Shown piece by piece: positions 1 through 11,520 of a stretch of 64,000 bases of DNA. The position numbers and the translations under genes are program-made. This DNA is from Octopus sinensis (taxonomy: Eukaryota). Below the pieces are notes generated by a model that was not told where the DNA came from, made no database searches, and worked only from the letters and a program-made list of their open reading frames with translations. Where the stretch lies: the NCBI RefSeq assembly GCF_006345805.1, contig NC_043005.1:31062001-31126000 (forward strand). Reading direction: 5' to 3'. The stretch's first letter is position 1, and every line of letters starts with the position of its first letter.

Positions 1-60
1 GGACGTAACTACACCAACATTGGTCAAGCGATAGTGAGGGAACAAACACAGACACACAAA
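1..60 (-). mobile_element. SINE fragment cut by the window edge
   Basis: ggtcaagcgatagtgagggaacaaacacagacac matches the internal part of the SINE at about 42880-42930. Confidence 0.5.
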
Positions 61-72
61 CATATATATAAA

Positions 73-119
<47 letters not shown>

Positions 120-150
120 ATATATACACATATATATATACATATAAATA
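61..150. repeat. (TA)n microsatellite
   Basis: Direct reading; abuts the 3' end of the minus-strand PLE. Confidence 0.95.
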
Positions 151-790
151 TATGAGTAATTGAATGAATTATCTTATTAAGGATAATTCGAAAGATAACC
201 GATACCTGGGTAGCAAATTCACATCAGAAAGAACACGGTTGATGTCGACATCAAAATGCACAAAAAACTTTTAGCAGACCGCTCTCAAGGAGCCCATGGC
301 GGTAATGAGTGTCTCTTTATAATGAGTGACGTCAGAGTGGCTGAATGTAGAAGAATCTAGAAGTTTCTAAAGGTTCAAGAGTTCAAACGAAGTAGGAGGA
401 GGGAGGCATAAGAATAGTAAGGTGAGAGAGTGCAGGTCAAAAGAATGGTGGGTTTAAATGATTTCTTTTGTGAATGAGTGCCTGTGTGTGTGACTATATA
501 ACTGTCTTAATGTGTATATGTGTGTGTCTGAATGCGTGATTGTGTTTGTGGATGGGTAGATGTCAGAAAACTGACAGCTGTGAGGTGAAAGATCTGTGTC
601 TGTGTGTTCGATTATGTTTACTGTATAGAAAGGAAAGTGGATAGCGAAAGGGAGAAAGAATCGGGCGAGGTGAGAGGCAACGCAAGAATGGATAGTAGTA
701 GTTGGGAATATAAGAAAATCTTTATGACTATTGGGGTGAAATATAGGAAAAAATTTATTTTGGAAATCGAGGGGTTATCTATATTAGTCA

Positions 791-1470
791 CTATTTATAT
801 GAATGAAAGGTGTGTCTTTTCCAGTGTAAGCACCTGTAGGATCTTTCGACGATTGTGTTTATTAAAGGGCCTTTGGCGAACAAAATATGAAAAAGTTCGG
901 AATTACAGATGCCACAAAATTTTCTGCCTTTATCAAACGGGAAGGACACCGACAAAATGGACCATTCGAGCTTGAACATAGTGTTATTGTTCTTCAGACG
1001 CCAGACTAATTTGCTTAGCCCCGTGCTGTGTTACTTTCTCTTATCTCTGAAAGTGGAATAATGGTTGGAGACCCTTTGGGCTAATTTAGAAGAGGTTGCA
1101 CCAATATAGAAGTAGACATCGGTTCCAGAAGAGATTTTGCATTGGTAAGTGGTGTTTCTAATTTTGGAATTTTTGGATAAGAACTTTAATCTGTTGGGGT
1201 TGGTTTCCGATACTAAGACAGAGTTTTTATTGTTGTGATAGGTGTACAAATTGTTGCTGGCTTTGGCCACGATACTATTCATCTTATTATCATTACTATT
1301 AGTTGTAATATCGTCGGCAAATTCCCTGGCTATAGGAATGCTGCGATTGTTATCATCAATAATGTAACTGTTATTAAGAATGCTGGTACTATTACGACTA
1401 ACACCACCACTGTTAATAATCTGGTTAATCTGCCTCCCTCCTCCTACTTCGTTTGAACTCTTGAACCTTT
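791..1470 (-). pseudogene. PLE GIY-YIG endonuclease with Asn-rich linker, one in-frame TAA
   Basis: TYQCKISSGTDVYFYIGATSSKLAQRVSNH...RK*HSTGLSKLVWRLK...CGICNSELFHIL...CLHWKRH; ORFs 1031-1282 and 791-979 share a frame, broken by TAA at 1031-1033; aligns with the C-terminus of ORF 32808-34211. Confidence 0.85.
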
Positions 1471-1584
1471 AGAAACTTCTAGATTCTTCTACATTCAGCC
1501 ACTCTGACGTCACTCATTATCGCCATGGGCTCCTTGAGAGCGGTCAGCTAAAAGTTTTTTGTGCATTTTGATGTCGACATAAGT

Positions 1585-1681
1585 TCCTTGATTTTCCTGA
1601 TGAGAAATCTGCATAATGTACTCCTTATTCCTTCGGAATTAGGAATATGCAGCCTTCGAAACATATGTCGAGAATAAAGGA
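1585..1681 (+). ncRNA. Type I hammerhead ribozyme motif
   Basis: CTGATGA 1597-1603; stem II GAA/TTC plus CTGCATA/TATGCAG; GAAA 1658-1661; palindromic short stem III CATATG; GTC triplet 1667-1669; stem I TCCTTGATTTTC (1585-1596) pairs with GAGAATAAAGGA (1670-1681) at 11 of 12 positions. Confidence 0.85.
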
Positions 1682-2249
1682 TATTTGTTAACTAGTCGTT
1701 CAACTCCATTCTTTCATATACTTATATATATATATGAGTGAAATATACACACACGTACATATGAGTGAAATTTTCACTCCCTTATGACAACCCATAGTTC
1801 TATCTCTAAGGAACTATTTTTGTAATATGCATGGTAAAATTTTGGAGGGAAAATTGCGGATTCAATTGTCTATATAGGTTTGGCCTATGCTTACTTTCTC
1901 CCACTATTCCGACGTTGCCTTCGCGGGAAGTAGAGGTACGTAGCATCTGAAAAATCTATTTAAATGGAGGGTCACGCTGATGAAAGACATGGAGTTTATA
2001 TTCCTAATCTAGAAACACATTCATAAATAACCATTAGACTTTGCTTTCGTTATTTCTTCCTTTTGGTTTGTATATGTGAATTACAGGGATATGTCATATG
2101 TGGAGTCTCATTTGTAGAAAATAGAAATAAAGAGTCTTTGACTGCTTTTTCTAATTTTTCGGTATGTGGCTAAGCAACCTATTGCCTGCCTCTTTTATTT
2201 ATATACAAAAATATAAATTGAATTTATATATATATATATATACATATAT

Positions 2250-2410
2250 ACGACGGGCTTCTTTCAGTTTCCATCTACCAAATCCACTCACAAGGCTATG
2301 GTCGGCCTGAGGCTGTAGTAGAAGCCACTTACCCAAGGTGCCACGCAGTGGGACTGAACCCGGAACCATGTGATTGGTAAGCAAGCTACTTACCACACAG
2401 CCGCTCCTAT
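2250..2410 (-). mobile_element. tRNA-derived SINE, 5' portion
   Basis: Reverse complement has a tRNA-like head (ggctgtgtggtaag...ggttcagtccc); same family as 42760-43108. Confidence 0.8.
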
Positions 2411-2859
2411 GTGATATATATATATATATATATATTATGTAATTCTGTTTATATAAAATGTTTAAAATAATAGCATGAAATTCAATATTTTGAAATGCTA
2501 GCACAAAATTCATTTATAGTAACGATATCAAAATAAGGAAATAATTATGAATAGATTGGTAGATAAAGTAATTAAAATATTTTTTATTATAAACATATTT
2601 ATACGACATATATTACACATTAAATGATTGATTAATTAGTTTTCTTAGAATTTGAACTTGTACACATTAACCTAAAATAAATAGACCTTTACAGTTGTAG
2701 TGAAAAAACAACTTTTTAAAATTTAAATTGGTATCTTCCAGTTATACAAATAATAATTAAATACTAATACTTTTGACCACCAAAATGAACCTTCTACATC
2801 ACAAATATGAAATGCAGGATAAGGTACTGTTTACACAAAATTGTCATTGATTACCAAGA

Positions 2860-3025
2860 TGAATGAATTTAACAAGGATATATATATACAAACAATAAAT
2901 TTTCTTACCAAAGTCAATCTACATAAATCAAAACCAGCCATGGATTACTGAGATGAATTTACCAAGGATATATATTACAAACTTTAAATTTTATTACCAA
3001 AGTCGACCTGCATAAATCTAAACCA
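2860..3025. repeat. Old tandem duplication, unit about 90 bp
   Basis: gatgaattta(a/c)caaggatatatat...ttaccaaagtc...cataaatc.aaaccag occurs twice. Confidence 0.7.
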
Positions 3026-3062
3026 GTAAATTTTAAATCTAATTTCAAAAATACTTTCTCAT

Positions 3063-3380
3063 ATCATCATCATCGTTTAACGTCCGCTTTCCATGCTAGC
3101 ATGGGTTGGACGATTTGACTGAGGTCTGGCGAATCAGATGGCTGAACCAGACTCCAATCAGATCTGGCAGTTTCTACAGCTGGATGCCCTTCCTAACGCC
3201 AACCACTCCGAGAGTGTTAGTGGGTGCTTTTTACGTGCCACCGACACGAGGGCCAGTCTGGCAGTACTGGCAACGGCCACGCTCAAATGGTGCTTTTTAT
3301 GTCCCACCTGCACAGGAGCCAGTCCAGCGGCACTGCCAACGACCTCGCTCAAATGTTTTTCCCCGTGTCACCAGAACAAG
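3063..3380 (-). mobile_element. Non-autonomous retroposon with (CAT)n tail
   Basis: catcatcatcgtttaacgtccgctttccatgc motif recurs in degenerate form at about 9915, 10247 and 20338. Confidence 0.6.
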
Positions 3381-4419
3381 TGCCAGTTTCTCGGCCAAAT
3401 AGATCAGTGTGAAAAGCCTGGTTATATAGCAAGTTCAACATTTACAAAACGATCTGCTCAAGCTTAATCTTTTCTACACCGCAGAAACATAGAGCTTAAA
3501 ATCTGAATTTTTGAAATGCAGTATTTACAGTAAAGAATAAAGGTATGATTATGAGACAGACATAAAAATACATGGCTAATATCATTACTGAGGTACTCAA
3601 AATTGAAATTGCTTGATCACTTAATCAGAAAGCTACATAACAACCTGAGTGTTGGTATTCTGCCTAAAACTTCCCTAACAGATCACATGGTAGACAGCCT
3701 AAATATAGAGGATACCAGTCAACAATAGAGGTCAAAGAGGGTGGCGATGGTCCACCTAGTAGGCGGTAAAAGTATCATACTATTAATGAATTAAATCGGT
3801 TATTATTTTCCACTGTTGATTAAAGAACTTACTCGTATTTCTTGAAAATTTTCTTTTGTGATTTCGACCTCCAATTTATGTTTATCCAATTCAATCTTGT
3901 TTGTCGTTCTCCTTTTTTTTCCTTTTCTTTTCTTGCGATCTCAAGAAATCCAGTCTTCGAAAAAATAGGAACAGCGACTAAACAATTTACAATGAATCAA
4001 CAATTGTATTCGTTTTAGTTTTCTTAAAACCGACAGTGAATTTTCCGGTTTAAGGCAGGTTCTTTTTATTAATTGGTCATTTACCATTAATGAAGCTCTT
4101 ATAAAACATTTCCATTTTCTTTTCATCCACCTCTTGTCTCTCATCATTTGAACATGTCCGAACCAATTATATTTAAATTAATTTGTAATTTTCACAATGT
4201 CACCTTATGGATCAGGATTGACCTCGGGTAACAATACTCTCTAGTGATCAGAGGCGAGTTCTTGTGCACACTTCCGCTATATCACAACACGCCCTTCAAT
4301 CTTGAAACATTCCGTATATTGTTTTTCTCTACATTTATATACACCGTGTTAGTAATAATTAATTTAAGAGACTGTTTATTAATCAGAAGGAAACAAATGA
4401 GAAATAGTTGAAAGGGCTC

Positions 4420-5588
4420 ACATGGCGGAGATGTAAATGGAACCGTTCCCCCACTTAAAAAAATTTTGGTAAATTTTTTTACGGAATCATATGTTTTAGG
4501 TTATGGGAGATTCCGATTCTGGAAAAAATTTTTCAAAAATCGCAACTTCAAAATTTCAACCCCCACCCTCCATTTCTTAATTTTTTTCCGGAATTTTTTT
4601 TTTTGCGAAATACGTACAAACATACGGAGATTATGATTCTGAAAAAAAAAATTGTTTGTAAAATTTCAATTTCTCAAAAAAATTGCTCTGAAAGAAATCT
4701 TTTGCAGAAGGTGAGTTGATTGATTACATATTTCTTTCATCATGTTATCGCAGTTTTATGAGATTTGGCGGTTAATGTTTACATCTTAACCCGGAAATGA
4801 AAATCCAATAAAATACTGGAACGGGTGTAAAACAATGTGTAAGAAGCGAATATGAAAAAAAAAAAAAAATTGCGCGCAAAGCAACGGGCGAGTAGGGAGA
4901 AAACTTCGGAAAATTCACAAGATCCGAGCTTTTCCCTCATAACTTTTTGGAAAATGGGGTTTTTTTCAATGAAATTTTATAGAAATACTTTTCAAATGGC
5001 ATACATTACGATTATAAAGTAATTTGTGGGGGAAAGTAGGGAGAGGACTTTCGGAAAATTCCCAAGATCCGAATTTTTCCTCGTTTATTCCGAAACCACA
5101 TTCACCTTTCTGCCGATACCCTAGCGTAGTACAACTACACTACGTAGTGTTTATTTCTACCCACTTTCAATAATTTTTAGTGTTTTGGCTTCAATTTTGT
5201 TTCCTTTTCAATTATTTTTACTCTTTTTTAACCCTTCGCTGTTATTCACTCGTTATTACTTTATCTATATCTATCTATCTATCTATCTCTATATCTATAT
5301 ATATATATGGCATTCTTTCCATGTAACTCGACAAAATCAAAACATTTCACCGGGTATTTCTCATTTTAAACTTGAAGAAAAAAAAAAGCCTTGCATATTT
5401 GTTCTTACCTGTTTCATGTGTGCATGTAAAATCGGCAAATTTCCAAGCAGAAAACAGAATCGAACTGTCACTTGCTTCCACGGAAATATCCGAAGTGAAA
5501 TGTTTTGATTTTGTCGAATCATATCGAAAAAATGCCATACATATATACATACATACATGTATATATGTACACACACACACACACACAC

Positions 5589-5645
<57 letters not shown>

Positions 5646-5860
5646 ATATGCACACACGCACACATACACATGTATATATGCACACATGTATATATACAGT
5701 TATGAGGAAAAACTTGGATCTTGTGAATTTTCCGAAGTCCTCTCCCCACTCTTTGGAAAAGATTTTACCCACAAATTACTTTATAATCATAATGTATGCC
5801 GTTTGAAAGGTATATATAAAATTTCATTGAAAAAAAAAAAAAAAACAGTTTCCTAAAACC
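4420..5860. repeat. Foldback-like element with long imperfect inverted arms
   Basis: 4950-5085 is an inverted copy of 5697-5860; 5300-5360 is an inverted copy of 5480-5545; the motif cttcggaaaattcacaagatcc occurs at about 4903, about 5050 and inverted at about 5720. Confidence 0.6.
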
Positions 5861-6733
5861 CATAGCCAAACAGAATAAGATCCTGAAATAACATAATTTC
5901 TTGGTAAATTAAATTTTCAAAAGCCATTTCAGATATTTAAAATAGATGGGTCATTGACACTACAGATTTTGTTGTTGTTAGGGTCTCATCTTATCAAAGT
6001 GACACACACCAATGGCATGGCATCAAAAACATTATTTTGAGCTTTTAAAAATTATTTTCACAAAACTATTATTTTTCTATTTAATGAATATTTTAAGATT
6101 TCTTTTATGATTAAAAGTCACTTGATATAGTTTTAAACAGTGTCAATTCAGGCAAAGTATTTGATTTGAATTTCATAAAGTTTGAATTTCCAACTTTCAG
6201 TACTTGTGCGTAAATATCTTCTCACCAATAATTTTCATGTTAACTCTTCATTGTCTCTTATGTCTTTATTTCAGGTTATCCGATGACAGTTAAACATATT
6301 CCACTTCAAATTTTGAAGACCAGCAATTACACCATCAGCCAATGTTAGCCTGATTCTACAAGTTTTGATTAATTGGATGTGAGATATTTTCCTGGAATTG
6401 AAGTTCTTTCAGTAGTATTTATGGGAAAATTTTGTGTAAAAGTTAAACTGAGAAGATTTACCATAAAGTCTTAACTGATTTGTGTGTACGGATTTAGATA
6501 TTTAGACATGACCTTGCTAATTGGAGTGAGTTTATTTACCACTAGTTAATTATAAGAGTCTATTCTAATAAATTTTCTTGAAAGCATTTCTAATCATCTT
6601 GAACATAAACAAACTTTGTTAATGTCCACCATACAGGGATAATAAAGTCTTGGAAATATTTCTGTTATATATTACAAAAACTACAGAAAGAAGTTAAAAG
6701 AAATTTTATATTTTAGGGAAAAAAGAGAAAATT

Positions 6734-7639
6734 ATGGTTTTTAATGAATCACAGACTAAAATTGTTGATTCATCTGGTCAGACACAAGAAAACCTAAAAG
6801 AGAAATCACACATTTGTGATATATGTGGAAAGATATTCACATCATTAAACAATTTAATTGAACATAAATTAATTCATTCAGTATTGAAGCCGTATCACTG
6901 TGAAATTTGTGGTAAATCATTCACTAAAAGCAGTTTCTTATCTCAACATGAACGTATTCATACAGGAGAAAAACCGTTCCACTGTGATATTTGCGGTAAA
7001 GCATTTTCTCAGAGTGGTCATTTGTCTTCCCACAAACGTATTCACACAGGAGAGAAACCATATCATTGTGATGTCTGTGGCAAAGCTTTCTCCCACAGTT
7101 GTAGTTTGTCAAACCATAAAGGTATCCACACGGGAAGGAAGCCATACAAGTGTGACATCTGTGCAGAAACATTCTCTTGCAGTGGCAATTTGTCTTCTCA
7201 CAAACGTATCCACACAGGAGAGAAACCATTCCAATGTGATGTCTGTGGCAAAATGTTCTCTCAAAAGGGTAATTTAGCTGACCACAAATATGTTCACACA
7301 GGGGAGAAACCCCACGTCTGTGTTATTTGTGGCAAAACATTCTCTCAAAGCAGTAGTTTGTCTTCTCACAAACGTATTCACACAGGAGAGAAACCATACC
7401 ATTGTGATATTTGTGGTAGAACATTCTCTCACAGTAGTGGTTTGTCTTACCACAAACGTATTCACACAGGAGAGAAACCATACCATTGTGATATTTGTGG
7501 TAAAATATTCTCCCAAAGTGGTAGTTTGTCTTCTCACAAACGTATCCACACAGGAGAAAAACCATACCATTGCGATATTTGTGGTAGAACATTCTCTCTC
7601 AGTGGTAGTTTGTCTTCCCATAAACGAATCCACACATAA
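6734..7639 (+). CDS. Tandem C2H2 zinc-finger protein, 10 fingers (may be the last exon of a longer gene)
   Basis: 301-aa ORF with 10 C-x2-C-x12-H-x3-H units and TGEKP linkers; candidate acceptor ttttag|g at about 6716. Confidence 0.9.
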   Translation: MVFNESQTKIVDSSGQTQENLKEKSHICDICGKIFTSLNNLIEHKLIHSVLKPYHCEICGKSFTKSSFLSQHERIHTGEKPFHCDICGKAFSQSGHLSSHKRIHTGEKPYHCDVCGKAFSHSCSLSNHKGIHTGRKPYKCDICAETFSCSGNLSSHKRIHTGEKPFQCDVCGKMFSQKGNLADHKYVHTGEKPHVCVICGKTFSQSSSLSSHKRIHTGEKPYHCDICGRTFSHSSGLSYHKRIHTGEKPYHCDICGKIFSQSGSLSSHKRIHTGEKPYHCDICGRTFSLSGSLSSHKRIHT

Positions 7640-7818
7640 GAGAAACCATATCAATGTGTGAAATTTGTGGTGAAAAGTTTTCTGGAAGTTTTGGTTTGTC
7701 TCAACATGAACATGTCCACACAGGAGATGAACCATACCATTGTGATATTTGTGGTAAAGCATTCTCTGAAAGTGGCAGTTTATCTTCCCATAAACATATC
7801 CATACAGGAGAGCTCTAA
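7640..7818 (+). pseudogene. Two relic zinc fingers downstream of the stop
   Basis: After TAA: EKPYQC, a 2-bp shift, then CEICGEKFSGSFGLSQHEHVHTGDEPYHCDICGKAFSESGSLSSHKHIHTGEL*. Confidence 0.8.
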
Positions 7819-7854
7819 AGATGGAACAAACTCAAGCCTATGTGATGCCTGATG

Positions 7855-8590
7855 TATTGAGAATTTGCCCTTTTGGGATATGGTCCAGTATGAAATGTTT
7901 CAGATGTTGTGGTAGCATCTCATGTCCAATGTCTTTTTTTTACTTTGAATCCATGTTACACATGTATACAAGATGATGGAAAGTGCAGGAATCTGATGTT
8001 CTTCATTGTGATATTCTTACCTCTCCATATTGGTTTGAGTTTGGTTAATTCAGGCATTATCTGTGAAGTTCTTGCAAGCATTTCAGGCCTCGATCCATTA
8101 TCTTTAATAACTGACCACAAGTTTTTGCTGTGCTGCACTATCTCTAGTTTTTGTCCTTGTACAGAGATGTCTGTTGAGATGGTGCCATTGGTATTTATTT
8201 ATATTTTTTTCCCATTGATTCCCATCCCAAACTTGGTGGAAGCTTTATCAAACTAATCCAATCAATTCTTCTCATTTGGCCAGGCTATCAATGTTGTCAG
8301 CAAATCTCAAATTTGTCTTATTCCTCCTTCTGATACTAATTGTGTGCACATGGTTGTTAAAGGTATTGCTCATGGTCTGCTTCAGGAATATGTTGGGGTA
8401 AAGGAGGCAGCCCTGGTAAACTCCTACAGTATGGCATCACTCTTCAAATTGTATGAGTACTGCAATGGTTGTCTTCACATAAATTTTGTTAAATAGTCTG
8501 AATTAGCTTCTGCTCCATGTTGAATTTTTTCATTGTGAGTCTTGGAATGTCATGCCTGATACTATCAAACATCTTAAGGACTATGAAAAC
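7855..8590 (-). mobile_element. Degenerate RTE-clade LINE RT fragment
   Basis: Minus-strand TNLRFAD and GSRPEMLARTSQIMPELTKLKPIW, typical of the RTE RT and thumb region; many stops. Confidence 0.7.
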
Positions 8591-8761
8591 ATGGTAAACA
8601 GTTTTATATGTAGTACATTAAACCAATTATAGTACATTAAACCAATTATATAATTTACAGACTTGATCAATGTATGATAAAACGTTCTTCAGTTTTCCAA
8701 ACTGGTCTTTATCAACTGTTTAATTTGAAGCTATGTAATTGATGTTATTTGATATTAAATA

Positions 8762-8975
8762 AGGCAGCGAGCTGGCAGAAATGTTAGCACACCGGGCGAA
8801 ATGCTTAGCAGTATTTCGTCTGTCTTTACGTTCTGAGTTCAAATCCTGCTGAGGTTGACTTTGCCTTTCATCCTTTCAGGGTCGATAAATTAAGTACCAG
8901 TTGCATACTGGGGTCAATTTAATCGACTAGTCCCCTGCCCCCAAATTTCAGGCTTTGTACCTTTAGTAGAAAGGA
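8762..8975 (+). mobile_element. tRNA-derived SINE with 17-bp TSD
   Basis: ggcagcgagctggcagaaatgttagc...gagttcaaatcc head; TSD ttatttgata(t/c)taaata at 8745-8761 and 8976-8992. Confidence 0.9.
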
Positions 8976-9298
8976 TTATTTGATACTAAATATTAGAGAT
9001 TATTGTGCAGAGAATGAGAGATGAACACTTGATTAACTTTGTATATTAAATGATAACGATGGTGGTTTATCTAGTAAACATGTGATGTAGCCAGTTTATT
9101 GATGGTAGACAAGTCAGACACACTCACAGTAAAATATATTTCCCAGTCACTGATAAGAATGTGATACCTGTTGTGTAAAAAGCTCCATATGTGATCCATT
9201 GTTATTACCTAGAACAAGCAAGTTGTGAATATTGCATCCTTTATGAAATAAAATAACTAAATTGTTGTAATTTTTTCTACTGTTGGTAATACATGAAA

Positions 9299-9669
9299 GG
9301 TGGAGGTGCAATGGCCCAGTGGTTAGGGCAGCGGACTCGCGGTTTCGATTCCCAGACCGGGCGTTGTGAGTGTTTATTGAGCGAAAACACCTAAAGCTCC
9401 ACGAGGCTCCGGCAGGGATGGTGGTGATCCCTGCTGTACTCTTTCACCACAACTTTCTATCACTCTTACTTCCTGTTTCTGTTGTACCTGTATTTCAAAG
9501 GGCCGGCCTTGTCACTCTCTGTGTCACGCTGAATATCCCCGAGAACTACGTTAAGGGTACACGTGTCTGTGGAGTGCTCAGCCACTTACACGTTAATTTC
9601 ACGAGCATGCTGTTCCGTTGATCGGATCAACCGGAACCCTCATCATCATAACCGACGGAGTGCTTCTTC
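9299..9669 (+). mobile_element. tRNA-derived SINE with 11-bp TSD
   Basis: A- and B-box-like head; TSD aatacatgaaa at 9288-9298 and 9670-9680; near-identical copy at 52544-52927. Confidence 0.9.
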
Positions 9670-11239
9670 AATACATGAAAAGTAATTTCTTAAACCCCAG
9701 TCAGTATTTATTAGTCTCTAGTAGTATCAAATTTTGAAATTCCTTTTACCCAAGTCCTTAACTAAGTTAGGATTCATAAATAGTATTTCTGGAGAGAAAG
9801 ATTCCACATTTTCTTTCAGTCTCATAAATATTGATCGAAGCTATCTTTTCTAATCGAAACATGCAGAACAAATGGGAAAACTTCTTTTATTGAAAGCTAG
9901 CAACTCTGACAACCATCATCATCATCGTCTTAACATCCACTTTTCCATGCTTCTATGGATTGGATGGAATTTATTGTGGCTGGATGTCCTTACTGTTTCC
10001 AACCGTACTTGTCTCCAAGCAAGGTAACAAAATATATCTTAGATAGCATAAAAAAATACAAACCCTATTCTACATCAGAAATTGGGAACCTCACAAGACT
10101 AGTTTTCTGTAACCAGTTTTATAAGTCAATAAAATTTATAGAATTTCTGCTGGCAATTGTTGTAAAATGTCTTGTAATTATATATGTTAACCATTTATGT
10201 TTCAGTTTCATTAATTCTATTAAGTCTCACAACCAGAATTGTCCTCATCATCATCATCTTTTAATGTCCATGTTCCAAACGCAGTTTGACAGGATCTGGT
10301 TTGTTTGAGGCTTGCATTGTGCTCTAATGTTTGTTTTGGTATGCTTTCTACAGTTCGGTTGCCCTAATGCTAACTGTTTTACAGAGTGCACTGGATTATT
10401 TTCTCATGGAACCAGTACTGGTGAGATCACCAAGCAGTTTGCAAGACTAAAATCCTCTTTGACTGAATGGGGCTACAGTAGAGAGAGAGAGAGAGAGAGA
10501 GTGACCATGGTTATCTCAGCAGCAATTCAAAGTCTTCTAGTTGGAGAAAGAGTAGGTTCTAATGATGTTGCGATAGATATATTATAAATATAAAGCCGAA
10601 AGAAATACTGCTGAGCATTTCTTTCGGCGTCATAAATAGTTGTTGACAACTTTACGGAAATGAATGAAGGGAGACAATCGATCACTTACTGACGCTTTTC
10701 TGTTAGTAAACAATTTTACTGACTGAAATGAAGGCGATAAAGTATAAGACTTCAACAGATTTCCTTTTTACCAAGGAACGAAACCAGTTTCATAAAGGCT
10801 TGAAACGACACCTTCATATTACAAGTGTTTATTTTATCAACCATGATAATGATGAACCATGGCTAAGATGGAAGCGGCAGCATCAATGACAATTTCAACT
10901 CCGTGAGGTGCACTGGCATCGTACAATACCAATGCCAGGGTACCTCAACCATCGTAAAGATTGTGTATGTGTGTGCATTACACATGCAATATATACTGTA
11001 GCTATGTGGTTAAGAAGTTCACTTCCTGACCATAGATGGAATCTGAAAGAAACTCAACCACTTGCATTAGAAAGGGCACCTTTAGAAACCATGCCATCAT
11101 AGGTATTAGAGCATAACACGGCCATGTGGTTTACTGGATCTTGTCAGCATATGGAAAATGAACTTTAAATGATTTATAATGATAATATAAATAAATATTT
11201 ATGTGCACACACACACACACATACATCTGAATAGGTGTG

Positions 11240-11520
11240 TATTTCTGTCTCTTCGTCTTGCCAGAATGTGATGGTTGTAAATGAGTGTCATGGTCATACA
11301 AGTGGTGTGATTTTGTTTCCAATCCACTGTAAAAAGACACCTGGCCATAAGGAAATATCATTTTCTTTGGAAACAAGTGAAGAAATGCCAAAAGGTCCAA
11401 GTGGAAGGAGCATATGCTCGAGGAAAACATAGGAAGAAGTGAAAGCCTGATCTCAGAAGAGTGAACCTCTCAAAAGATAATGGATTGCAGTTAAAATGTT
11501 GTTTTGGAGAAGACCAGTTG
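11240..11520 (+). mobile_element. Degenerate RTE-like LINE 3' end
   Basis: QVEGAYARGKHRKK resembles the VEG..RGRPRKTW motif at RTE ORF ends. Confidence 0.4.

Larger units (their letters stand above)
151..1705 (-). mobile_element. 5'-truncated Penelope-like element (GIY-YIG end) with an inverted 5' segment
   Basis: GIY-YIG reading frame on the minus strand; 151-241 is about 80% identical (by eye) to the 3' end of the pLTR at 31379-31460; 241-408 is an inverted copy of 1431-1580; hammerhead at 1585-1681. Confidence 0.85.

Noticed and set aside
604-975. 123-aa plus-strand ORF
   Set aside because: It is antisense to the PLE endonuclease and 3' UTR, with no recognisable motif.
4261-4300. ETS-like ACTTCCG as the promoter of the first zinc-finger gene
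   Set aside because: A single short motif with no supportable exon link to 6734.
5347-5856. ORFs rich in YI, CV, HT or ER repeats (also 16110-16712, 17502-17714, 39447-39902, 52014-52350, 63301-63578)
   Set aside because: These are translations of microsatellites that lack stop codons.
6900-7762. Alternative-frame and antisense ORFs over both zinc-finger genes (also 14886-15646)
   Set aside because: They are by-products of the 84-bp finger periodicity and have no independent domain.
9299-9370. tRNA-like heads here and at 8762, 19975, 43108, 45029 and 52544 as tRNA genes
   Set aside because: They run into SINE bodies and tails, several have TSDs, and no complete cloverleaf is evident.
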